34,192 bases of DNA from an uncultured Oscillospiraceae bacterium (GCA_964426095.1 CAYRPD010000004.1:1-34192); one strand, 5' to 3'; positions 6,923 through 13,876 are shown, counted from the stretch's first letter. Notes: generated by a model from the letters alone, not told the origin. Numbers and translations: made by a program.

Positions 6923-7534
6923 TTAGTCAAGAGCATCTTCAATACGTTGTAAAGATTGGCTGACGGATTCTAGATTGTCATGTACCGACAATATTTCATC
7001 CACGATGCTAGTTTTCTCACTACTGCCCCCCAACTCTTTCATGTATTCATCAAAAGATTGTTTCTTGTCGTTGCTTGAGGACGATTGCTGTGTAGAGTTT
7101 TCGTTAACACGTGCTACCAATTCCCGTGCATATTCATCAAAAGTTTTTTTCTTGCCGTTGCTTGAGGAGATAACGTTATCTTCATCCATGGGAGTTGTTC
7201 CGTTAAGCTCCGGGGTGTTAAAGACTTCTATACTTTGTTTTATTTCATCGACTACATTGTTTGTGCTTTTATCCGTAGAAGAATCTGACAACCAATTGTC
7301 AATTGAATCTAATGCATTGTCGATGTTGCTTTGTGCGGAGGATAATTCTTCACGGAAATTCTCATAGTCGAGTTTGTTTTTGGCTTCATAGTACCCAGAT
7401 TCGTAACCGCGAGCATAGCCCATTTCCCGACCTTCGGCATAGGCGGCATCTAAATCACTTTGTGAATATGTTCCGCAACCGCAGAGGGAAACGAGAAGCA
7501 CCAATGCAAGAATAAACAGAGCAGACTTTTTCAT
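6923..7534 (-). CDS. secreted lipoprotein (moron; possible superinfection-exclusion factor)
   Basis: Start moved to MKKSALFILALVLLVSLCGCG (signal peptide + lipobox L-C-G-C) with RBS aaaggaa. Internal repeat KKxxFDEYxxEL occurs twice. It shares the motif EIKQSIEVFNTPELNGTT with the giant protein. Confidence 0.75.
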   Translation of the reverse strand: MKKSALFILALVLLVSLCGCGTYSQSDLDAAYAEGREMGYARGYESGYYEAKNKLDYENFREELSSAQSNIDNALDSIDNWLSDSSTDKSTNNVVDEIKQSIEVFNTPELNGTTPMDEDNVISSSNGKKKTFDEYARELVARVNENSTQQSSSSNDKKQSFDEYMKELGGSSEKTSIVDEILSVHDNLESVSQSLQRIEDALD

Positions 7535-7548
7535 AATAGCAATTCCTT

Positions 7549-7866
7549 TCAGTGCTTTTTCACAAATGTGAGAATCCACATAGCGATACAGCAGAGAATA
7601 CCCAATGAATCTGAAAGGTTAATTCCCTTGGATAACATCAAACAAATACACGAGCAAATTGTTATGGTGGCAAAAGTGCGGACGGCAAGTCGCTTATTAC
7701 CTTTCTTGATACACACTAGCAACATTGTTCCGTAGGCGGCAGCCATAGCGAAAAGAACGCCTAAAGTTTCAAACACAAATAAGCCGGTTTCCAACACAAG
7801 GACGCGAAAGAAACTAAAGACAAAAAGATAAATCAATGCAGCGAGCAATATTGCCAAAGTAGTCAT
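7549..7866 (-). CDS. small multi-pass membrane protein
   Basis: 105 aa with 3-4 hydrophobic segments and RBS aaaggag. First gene of a two-gene operon with the lipoprotein. Confidence 0.7.
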   Translation of the reverse strand: MTTLAILLAALIYLFVFSFFRVLVLETGLFVFETLGVLFAMAAAYGTMLLVCIKKGNKRLAVRTFATITICSCICLMLSKGINLSDSLGILCCIAMWILTFVKKH

Positions 7867-7908
7867 AGCACAAACTCCTTTATTTATTTTTTACAGAAAG
7901 CTAAACCC

Positions 7909-7937
7909 ATACTACCACGGATGACAATATAAGTCAA
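7909..7937 (-). promoter_or_regulatory. promoter of the membrane-protein/lipoprotein operon
   Basis: Minus strand reads TTGACT (7937-7932), a 17-nt spacer, then TGgTAGTAT (extended -10; hexamer at 7914-7909). Confidence 0.55.
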
Positions 7938-7958
7938 GGATTGAAAGGGGGTGAGGAA

Positions 7959-8327
7959 ATGGGAAAAGAGAACATAGTAAAAAATGAAACGGAAGATTTG
8001 CGTGAGGAGATAATCATGTACACCGATGCACTCTTGAGGCTTGCGATAGACAAAGGTGAGAAGAGCGCTGAGACAGAATCGGAAACGGACATCAAAGCGC
8101 TTGAACGTATGTATAAGAGAATGACAGGAGAGCCGGATATCTTTTTACAAGGGATAATAATACTTTATGAATCTGCCCCCGAGCGCGCGAACAAAAGAAT
8201 GAAGCAGTACTTCTCTTCGGTGCAGAAAATCCCAAGCTGGGAAACGCAGTTAGAACGGTGCTACGCAATGCTGAACGTTATGAATCGCAATTCCGGCTCG
8301 AAGTTATCTGCTTTGCGCAGTGTATGA
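7959..8327 (+). CDS. hypothetical protein
   Basis: ATG 7959 after aggggg (7-nt spacer); 122 aa, acidic N-terminal half; no recognisable motif. Confidence 0.6.
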   Translation: MGKENIVKNETEDLREEIIMYTDALLRLAIDKGEKSAETESETDIKALERMYKRMTGEPDIFLQGIIILYESAPERANKRMKQYFSSVQKIPSWETQLERCYAMLNVMNRNSGSKLSALRSV

Positions 8328-8377
8328 TTCAGACAAAAAGAAATATAGGCGCGAGAGAATCTGTGCCTATATTGTGG

Positions 8378-8700
8378 TAGGGTGGGGCGAGAGAAGACCG
8401 CCGCCGCTGTAACGGTCGGCGCTCTCCTCTGCACAAGCTCCCAATCAGCCGCAAGGTTTCCGCTACACCCTTTTACGGAATGGCCTTTGCCTAAGCCGAG
8501 GGTAGGCGACACCCGGGCGGAAGTCCTATCTGTTACAGCAGATGCTTAAGCTGATCCCGTTCTTTCAGTGTGCGAGCTTCGCGGGCTTAGACCTCCCACG
8601 AACTGAGAACGGATTGCCGGGAGTAACAGGAACGGTGACATGAGGGAACTAAAGGTAGCTTCCATAACACATCACCCCCTTTCACTCCGGAGCAGCCCTA
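8378..8700. ncRNA. candidate structured RNA, class unknown, strand undetermined
   Basis: No RBS-led ORF. Nested perfect helices: 8529-8535/8623-8629; 8557-8563/8606-8612 plus 8566-8569/8602-8605; 8396-8400/8413-8417; 8458-8462/8476-8480. Closing pair 8378-8382/8696-8700. Confidence 0.3.
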
Positions 8701-8710
8701 TCCTATCACA

Positions 8711-8724
8711 ATATGTGCACATAT
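8711..8724. promoter_or_regulatory. 14-nt perfect palindrome ATATGTGCACATAT (candidate operator)
   Basis: Read directly; it ends 38 nt upstream of the ATG at 8763. Confidence 0.45.
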
Positions 8725-8762
8725 ATCAATAAACAAATTCAAATCTACGGAGGACTTTAACC

Positions 8763-8918
8763 ATGAGCGCAGAAGAAATGAACGATGCAAAGGCATTAGC
8801 CGATGTAATCAATGACATTCCGGCAGAAGATACGGCATTCCTGCATGGCGTAGTTGTCGGCATGAGACAGGCAAACAGAAGTCTGAGGAAAGAGGGGGAA
8901 GACGATGCCGAGAGTTAA
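8763..8918 (+). CDS. small acidic protein (51 aa)
   Basis: RBS ggagga with an 8-nt spacer. Not in the ORF track (<60 aa). 12 acidic versus 5 basic residues. Overlaps the next gene by 14 nt. Confidence 0.55.
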   Translation: MSAEEMNDAKALADVINDIPAEDTAFLHGVVVGMRQANRSLRKEGEDDAES

Positions 8919-9141
8919 CCTCGGAAAGCCCGAGGTAGATAAAATAAAAGGGCTTATCCTTGAACGGCAGAATGCTTTAGGGTATTCGCAAACGCGCATG
9001 GCGAAGCTGTCCGGGTATTCTCAAGCCAAGTACTACCGCATGATGAACGAGCGAAGCAGTAAGGACTGGCCGCTGAAAGATATCCTAAAGCTGACGAACG
9101 CTTTAGGTATTCCCAAAGACGAAGTGCGCGCGGCGATATGA
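8905..9141 (+). CDS. small HTH DNA-binding protein (Cro/XRE-like)
   Basis: 78 aa. HTH-like GYSQTRMAKLSGYSQAKYYRM. RBS gaggaaagaggggga upstream. Confidence 0.7.
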   Translation: MPRVNLGKPEVDKIKGLILERQNALGYSQTRMAKLSGYSQAKYYRMMNERSSKDWPLKDILKLTNALGIPKDEVRAAI

Positions 9142-9157
9142 TAAAGGAGATTAGCCG

Positions 9158-9442
9158 ATGAAGATTCTTGAAGTAACATATCGGTCAAGCCGATATGTTG
9201 AGGACACAAAGATTGAGATGCAGGTGGTGAAGCGCCTTACTGCGGCGGACGAACACGCGGAAAAGCTTCTCACAATGGATTTCAAAGTGTCAACATTCCC
9301 GGACTGGCAAGCGGTGAAGTCGCTTCAATATGCGTTGCTGTACATAGAGAAGCTTAAAAACTGCTCGTATATCTTCGACAGCATAGTAAAGATAAGAGAG
9401 GTAAAAGACTATGAGCCATTATGCGAACCTAAAGAGCAATAA
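9158..9442 (+). CDS. hypothetical protein
   Basis: 94-aa ORF with RBS aaggaga 7 nt upstream. Confidence 0.6.
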   Translation: MKILEVTYRSSRYVEDTKIEMQVVKRLTAADEHAEKLLTMDFKVSTFPDWQAVKSLQYALLYIEKLKNCSYIFDSIVKIREVKDYEPLCEPKEQ

Positions 9443-9821
9443 CAAAAGTATGCCTACCTGCGCCCGCGAGGGCGAGGAACAGGCCACGCTGTTCCATTGG
9501 GCGGCCATGCAGCAGGGCAAGTACCCGGAGCTGGCGGCGCTGTTCCATATTCCGAACGGCGGCAAGCGCGGCAAGGCCGAGGCCGCGCGCTTCAAGAAAG
9601 AGGGGGTAAAGGCGGGTGTGCCGGATTTGTTTCTCCCCGTAGCCCGCGGGCGGTATCACGGACTGTTTATAGAAATGAAGCGCGCCAAGGGCGGTACTCT
9701 CAGCGCAGCACAAAAGGAATGGCGCGGACGGCTTGAATCACAAGGGTACTGCTGGCTCATGTGCCACGGCTGGGAAGAAGCAAGCGAGGCGATTGTGGAT
9801 TACATGGAGGAGAAGATATGA
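9411..9821 (+). CDS. VRR-NUC domain nuclease (PD-(D/E)XK fold)
   Basis: Motifs FHIPNGG, GVPDLFL and GLFIEMK...LSAAQKEW are typical of VRR-NUC. RBS gagg upstream. Confidence 0.8.
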   Translation: MSHYANLKSNNKSMPTCAREGEEQATLFHWAAMQQGKYPELAALFHIPNGGKRGKAEAARFKKEGVKAGVPDLFLPVARGRYHGLFIEMKRAKGGTLSAAQKEWRGRLESQGYCWLMCHGWEEASEAIVDYMEEKI

Positions 9822-9982
9822 ACCTCGCTTCACTCTCGGTGGCAATCAACTGCCGCAACCTCAAAGCAACCACGCGGACGTATGAGGGCAAGGGCTGGAA
9901 TCTTATCTGCGCACGAGACGGGAAGAGCACAGACCAAGCGCACTGCGGCCTGTGCCGTATGCGGGAAAGGCTGGTGCGATGA
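9818..9982 (+). CDS. small Cys-containing protein (54 aa)
   Basis: ATGA overlap with the VRR-NUC stop; RBS ggaggag. The track ORF (9761) was shortened to this start. Confidence 0.5.
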   Translation: MNLASLSVAINCRNLKATTRTYEGKGWNLICARDGKSTDQAHCGLCRMRERLVR

Positions 9983-10185
9983 GCAAGGTACACCGCTGTA
10001 AAAGAAAGAGCTGTTGCTATCATATGCCGGACAACAGCATCTTCGGCTGTAACTATGCCGGCATAACAGGGCACACGCGCCTTGCCCAGCTTCCGCGAGA
10101 GAAGCAAGACCCCGCAGACTGCCCGCTGTACAAGCGCGGCAAGAGGAAAAAATCAATGACACTATCGGTATTACCGAATACATAA
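9979..10185 (+). CDS. small Cys-rich protein (68 aa)
   Basis: ATGA overlap with the previous stop; RBS ggaaagg. Cys pattern C-x4-CC...C...C. Confidence 0.55.
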   Translation: MSKVHRCKRKSCCYHMPDNSIFGCNYAGITGHTRLAQLPREKQDPADCPLYKRGKRKKSMTLSVLPNT

Positions 10186-10197
10186 GGAGAAAAAACA

Positions 10198-10515
10198 ATG
10201 AGCCTTTTTGAAGAAAGCCAAAGCATGAATGCTGTGATGAAAGCATATAAAGATGAAATCGCCGAGCGGCGCGGTGCGCCGGGCAACACCCACGAATGCT
10301 ATGCCCGCATAGCGGACGCGGCGGAGTGCGCGGAAGCGCAGACAAAGGAGTGGAAAGAAAACGTTAAAAGGATGTGGGAATCGTGCAAGGAAGGTGACGC
10401 TACCGCCTTTGACGCATACGCAGGACAGCTTGCGAATGTCGCGATGTTGAGTGCAATGAATTGGCTTACTGTGGCCGCCGAAGCTACCCGCGCATTGGAA
10501 AGGGGTGAGGACTGA
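10198..10515 (+). CDS. hypothetical protein
   Basis: 105 aa with RBS aaggaga. Confidence 0.65.
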   Translation: MSLFEESQSMNAVMKAYKDEIAERRGAPGNTHECYARIADAAECAEAQTKEWKENVKRMWESCKEGDATAFDAYAGQLANVAMLSAMNWLTVAAEATRALERGED

Positions 10516-10919
10516 TGACTATAGGCGGGTGGTTGATATTCGCAATACTTGCGGGGCTTGCTGCGCTGCTCGGATTAATCGGTGCATTACTGTACTATTA
10601 TGATACGGGAAAAAAGAATGGAAGTATATTAATCGTGGTCGTTACGGTTAGCATAATTATTGCTTTACTGTCGGGAATGAAGTGGTTCTATTCAAATACA
10701 GCGAGCGGGATAAGAGCGATGACTGATCAGCAGTCGGAGCTGGCAAACGGGCTTGAGCGCACAGTGACAATCTACACAGCAGACGGTAAAACTATAGCGC
10801 AGTACCAAGGGAAAATAGATATCGAAGATAACGCGGGCGGGTATGTCTTATTCGATTTCGAGGGCAAGCGCTACGCCTACTATAACTGCTTTGTAGAAAG
10901 CATAGCTGATATAAGATAG
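10515..10919 (+). CDS. membrane-anchored protein (two N-terminal TM helices, beta-rich C-terminal domain)
   Basis: TGATG overlap with the upstream gene. Hydrophobic segments at roughly aa 5-28 and 38-56. Confidence 0.65.
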   Translation: MTIGGWLIFAILAGLAALLGLIGALLYYYDTGKKNGSILIVVVTVSIIIALLSGMKWFYSNTASGIRAMTDQQSELANGLERTVTIYTADGKTIAQYQGKIDIEDNAGGYVLFDFEGKRYAYYNCFVESIADIR

Positions 10920-10930
10920 GAGCTAACCCA

Positions 10931-11101
10931 ATGACAAATTATGAAATAATATGTTCTTCGATAGACAAAGCGGCGAAGCATTTGGAAGATAACCTAATCT
11001 TCACTTGCCCGCCGGGTAGAGAAAACAGTATGTGCAATGAAGAAACCTGCACTAAATGCTGGCGAAGATGGTTAGGCCATGAGGTGAAAGAAGATGTGTG
11101 A
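10931..11101 (+). CDS. small Cys-rich protein (56 aa)
   Basis: Not in the track (<60 aa). RBS taggag with an 8-nt spacer. CPP...C...C..C pattern. Overlaps the next start (ATGTGTGA). Confidence 0.5.
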   Translation: MTNYEIICSSIDKAAKHLEDNLIFTCPPGRENSMCNEETCTKCWRRWLGHEVKEDV

Positions 11102-11402
11102 CTGGTTAATTAATAATCTCCCCTGGTGCGTGGAGCACATAGGCGGAATGGCGCTGCCGTGGCAGACGGTGCTTGCGCTTGCGCTGGTTGCGGCGGCGGT
11201 GCTGGTGTATTACGCGGCGGGCATCGCAATTGACAGCGCTTGCGCGCGCCCCGCCGCGCGCGTCCGGGCGCGGAACAGGAAAGACCGCCGCGCCGCACCG
11301 CGCGTCACTTTGCGTGAAAGACTGAAAGAGCTTAACTGCTACAGCGATTATGAGGTGTACGATGCGGAATGGATAGACTACGAGAAATTCATAAACGAAT
11401 AG
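11094..11402 (+). CDS. membrane protein with an Arg-rich segment
   Basis: 102 aa. TM helix VLALALVAAAVLVYYAAGIAI followed by an RARNRKDRR tract. Confidence 0.55.
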   Translation: MCDWLINNLPWCVEHIGGMALPWQTVLALALVAAAVLVYYAAGIAIDSACARPAARVRARNRKDRRAAPRVTLRERLKELNCYSDYEVYDAEWIDYEKFINE

Positions 11403-11584
11403 AGGATAGCCACGTTTTTACAAAGCTTTGCCCGGACTGTGCCGAGAAGCTTAATCGAATGTACTTTCTCAATCCGCATAAAAACTCCGGCGACAGATTA
11501 AAACGGTGCGAGCTTTGTAAACGCATAGGGTATTTCCTCGACTACGACTATCACACCGCCAGCTACGGAAGAGGGGAAAAGTGA
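11369..11584 (+). CDS. zinc-ribbon mini-protein (paralog 1)
   Basis: CPDCAEKL...CELCKR. The start is uncertain (weak RBS, 34-nt overlap). Confidence 0.5.
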   Translation: MDRLREIHKRIEDSHVFTKLCPDCAEKLNRMYFLNPHKNSGDRLKRCELCKRIGYFLDYDYHTASYGRGEK

Positions 11585-11848
11585 ATGGTTCAATTAACAA
11601 ATGTATGCCCTGCGTGTGCGGAGAAACTGAGCGCGGCATATGAGGTGTGGCCGTATGACTACGAAGCGGCGCAGTGGCATATGTGCGAGCTGTGCATTCC
11701 ACCCAAGCAATACTTCGGATATCCGAGCGAGCTGCGCTCCCGTTCTCTTCGCCGCCGCAAGAAAGCTCACAGCGCGCCGCGCGCCGGAGAGATAAACAAA
11801 CAAGAGGAGTGGCGAGAGTTCCGCCGACAGCAGAGAAACGCCCAATGA
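11585..11848 (+). CDS. zinc-ribbon mini-protein (paralog 2) with basic tail
   Basis: CPACAEKL...CELCIP mirrors the preceding gene. RBS gagggga. Confidence 0.6.
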   Translation: MVQLTNVCPACAEKLSAAYEVWPYDYEAAQWHMCELCIPPKQYFGYPSELRSRSLRRRKKAHSAPRAGEINKQEEWREFRRQQRNAQ

Positions 11849-11854
11849 ATGTGT

Positions 11855-11886
11855 GAACATAGGCATGGAAAACCTTGCCTATGTTC
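11855..11886 (+). terminator. 11-bp hairpin after the early operon (no U-tract)
   Basis: gaacataggca / tgcctatgttc with a 10-nt loop, starting 7 nt after the stop at 11848. Confidence 0.35.
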
Positions 11887-11895
11887 AAGCACTCA

Positions 11896-11943
11896 TTGCT
11901 TACCTAACAACTATATTATATAACGCGCGCGCACGCGCGTTAT
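11896..11943 (+). promoter_or_regulatory. candidate promoter overlapping a 10-bp alternating-GC hairpin/palindrome
   Basis: TTGCTT (11896-11901), 17 nt, TATAAC (11919-11924). The palindrome ataacgcgcg-cgca-cgcgcgttat spans 11920-11943. Confidence 0.4.
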
Positions 11944-12046
11944 GGAGCTGGGTAAAGGCCTAAGTTTTCAACCATACTTTAATAAGCGAAAGATTCAACA
12001 CACTTTTTTTGAGATATCATCAATCACCATGAGGGGGCGAGCCGAC

Positions 12047-12913
12047 ATGAAAGAGGGATACTGGGTAGTCCGAACCTACGAAGCGGGAGCGGTAGGAGAA
12101 AAGATTAAGTTTTGGATACCGGGCAAGCGTCCGAATGGCAAGACAAAGAGAAGTGAAAAGGCAGAGATAAAAAAACAGGAGCAGAACGAATACTCCAGTC
12201 AGAAATCCCTCGCGCGTTTGCTCAATGCAAACTTCCGAGCGGGTGATGTATTACTCGGCCTTGACTATTCCGAGCAGGGATTAAAAAAGATTCTTGCTTC
12301 CGTCACGGGTACGGAAGCATGGAATCTAGCCGATGATGAACAGAAGCGCGAGCTTGTATATAAAGCGGCAGAGCACGCAATGAATCTTTATCTGCGCCGA
12401 CTGAAGCGCGAGCTGAAGAAAGACGGGATAGAGCTTAAAGCAATTTCGACTACCTCAGATATGGACGGGGACACGGGAGAGCTTGTGCGAGTGCATCATC
12501 ACATCGTGGTGAACGCCGAAGCACGCGATAAGCTCATAGAGAAATGGAAGCTCGGCGGTGTAGACATTGAGAGCTTGAGCAATCAAGGAGACTATACCGC
12601 GTTAGCTGAATACCTATTGCGCCAAGTGCGCCGCCGCACTGACGCGAAGAAGTACACGAGCACGCGTAATCTTATCCGCCCTCAACCAAAGGACAGGGTG
12701 GCAATGAGCGATGCGCCGCTCCGCGTACCGCAGGGCGGCACTCTGATTTTCTGCGCGGAGTATAGAAAGAACGCTCCGCAGTACATACGGTATTTCACAG
12801 GTAAAGGCAGCAAGCATAAGACAGACGGCAACACGAACAGCGGGGGAAGCACTTCCGGCACTGTGCGCCCTTGTGCTGTCGGAAAAGGAGTTGTGCACAG
12901 TGAGCAATTATAA
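12047..12913 (+). CDS. hypothetical protein with HUH-like motif (possible rolling-circle Rep/nickase)
   Basis: Start moved to MKEGYW (RBS gaggggg). RVHHHIVVN (H-x-H + hydrophobic run), downstream ALAEYLLRQ and AKKYTST tyrosines, and upstream VLLGLDYS match the spacing of RCR motifs 1-3. Unverified. Confidence 0.3.
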   Translation: MKEGYWVVRTYEAGAVGEKIKFWIPGKRPNGKTKRSEKAEIKKQEQNEYSSQKSLARLLNANFRAGDVLLGLDYSEQGLKKILASVTGTEAWNLADDEQKRELVYKAAEHAMNLYLRRLKRELKKDGIELKAISTTSDMDGDTGELVRVHHHIVVNAEARDKLIEKWKLGGVDIESLSNQGDYTALAEYLLRQVRRRTDAKKYTSTRNLIRPQPKDRVAMSDAPLRVPQGGTLIFCAEYRKNAPQYIRYFTGKGSKHKTDGNTNSGGSTSGTVRPCAVGKGVVHSEQL

Positions 12914-13133
12914 AGAGACTTGGAGAGCGGCGGATGTAGTATGCCCGTTCTTCCTCGGAGAGAGGAGCGGGAAAAAGGATATCGTGTGCGAGGGGTGGCA
13001 TGACAAGATGAAAGTGACCCTTGAATTCAACACGCACAAAAGCAAGGATGTTTATATGGGGCGGCACTGCGTAGGCCCCTACCAACGGTGCAAGATATAC
13101 CAAGAGACAATGAAAAAATACGAGATAGAATAA
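12901..13133 (+). CDS. small Cys-rich protein (77 aa)
   Basis: GTG 12901 after aaggag (9-nt spacer). Cys pattern CPFF...CEGW...C...C. Confidence 0.5.
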
Positions 13134-13135
13134 AC

Positions 13136-13175
13136 AAAGGGGCAGCACACATTGAAGTGCAGCCCTTTATTTTTT
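13136..13175 (+). terminator. intrinsic terminator
   Basis: aaaggggcagcac / gtgcagccctt stem (one mismatch) followed by tattttttg. Confidence 0.65.
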
Positions 13176-13176
13176 G

Positions 13177-13228
13177 CTTGAAAAAAATTTTCCTCCCAAA
13201 AGTACCGTAGAGAAATCGGAAAGCTGTT
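13177..13228 (+). promoter_or_regulatory. late-promoter element, copy 1 (52-nt repeat)
   Basis: ATTTTCCTCCCAAAAGTACCGTAGAGAAAT-C-GGAAA-N9-TATAATA. The first 30 nt are identical to 27945-27974, and a -10 TATAAT lies at 13222-13227. The -35 position reads AGAGAA (non-consensus). Confidence 0.55.
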
Positions 13229-13269
13229 GCTTATAATAAAAGCAAGAAAGAGTATCGGAGGTAAAAAAC

Positions 13270-13506
13270 GTGAGCGGGTTAAAGACAACGGCGCAGCGTT
13301 TGCAGACTGCGCTGATAATGAGCGGGCGGAATGTGAGCATTAATGCCCGGCAATTCTACAGCACGAAGTATCAGAAGATAGTCACTTGCTACAAAGTGCA
13401 AGAGGACAACAAGCTCGTGGTAAAGACATATTCACTGGCAGCGCTTGTGCAGGAGCTTGCGAAGATGTACAAGGAGGTGAGCGGGCTTGACCCCAAGACA
13501 GACTAG
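13270..13506 (+). CDS. hypothetical protein
   Basis: GTG start after ggagg (8-nt spacer); 78 aa. Confidence 0.55.
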   Translation: MSGLKTTAQRLQTALIMSGRNVSINARQFYSTKYQKIVTCYKVQEDNKLVVKTYSLAALVQELAKMYKEVSGLDPKTD

Positions 13507-13876
13507 ATTTGCTGAAGCATGGCTACGTTGCCGGAACGAAACGCAGGCCGCCGTTGAAGCCGGGTATACCCCGCGCTCGGCACATAATCAAGGCAGTAGG
13601 CTGATGAAGAATGAAGAGGTCAAAGAATATATTCGCGCCCGCCTACGCGCGCAGGACGCGCGCGAGGTTGCCAAGACGGATGAGGTTTTGAAGTTTCTCA
13701 CCGCTGTCATGCGCGGCGAGGAGAAAGACCAGTTCGGTTTAGATGCACAGCTTGCCGATAGAATCAAGGCAGGAGTGGAGCTACTGAAAAGATACACTGC
13801 CGTGGAAGAGGGCGAGGAGAAAGAGGGACAGAACATAGTGATTCATTTTGGCGGCGGAGAGGAGAGCGCGAAGTGA
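13487..13876 (+). CDS. terS: terminase small subunit
   Basis: TTG start after ggaggtg. LTPRQTRFAEAW...AGY...SAHNQGSRLMKN is typical of Terminase_2-type small subunits. Lies directly upstream of terL. Confidence 0.8.
   Translation: MTPRQTRFAEAWLRCRNETQAAVEAGYTPRSAHNQGSRLMKNEEVKEYIRARLRAQDAREVAKTDEVLKFLTAVMRGEEKDQFGLDAQLADRIKAGVELLKRYTAVEEGEEKEGQNIVIHFGGGEESAK

Noticed and set aside
8261-8512. 83-aa minus-strand ORF in the ORF-free segment.
   Set aside because: It has no RBS and overlaps the 3' end of the 7959-8327 gene. The translation is Arg/Ala/Thr-rich without features, and the region is better described by RNA-like helices.
9429-10345. Cluster of overlapping ORFs in other frames or antisense (9429..9713, 9497..9736, 9757..10107, 9830..10345, 10053..10289).
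   Set aside because: They are shadow ORFs in a GC-rich stretch. The plus-strand chain of RBS-led, translationally coupled genes accounts for the region.
11942-12046. Upstream extension of the HUH-like ORF (track start 11942).
   Set aside because: The extension begins inside the GC palindrome and has no RBS. The ATG at 12047 has a gaggggg RBS.
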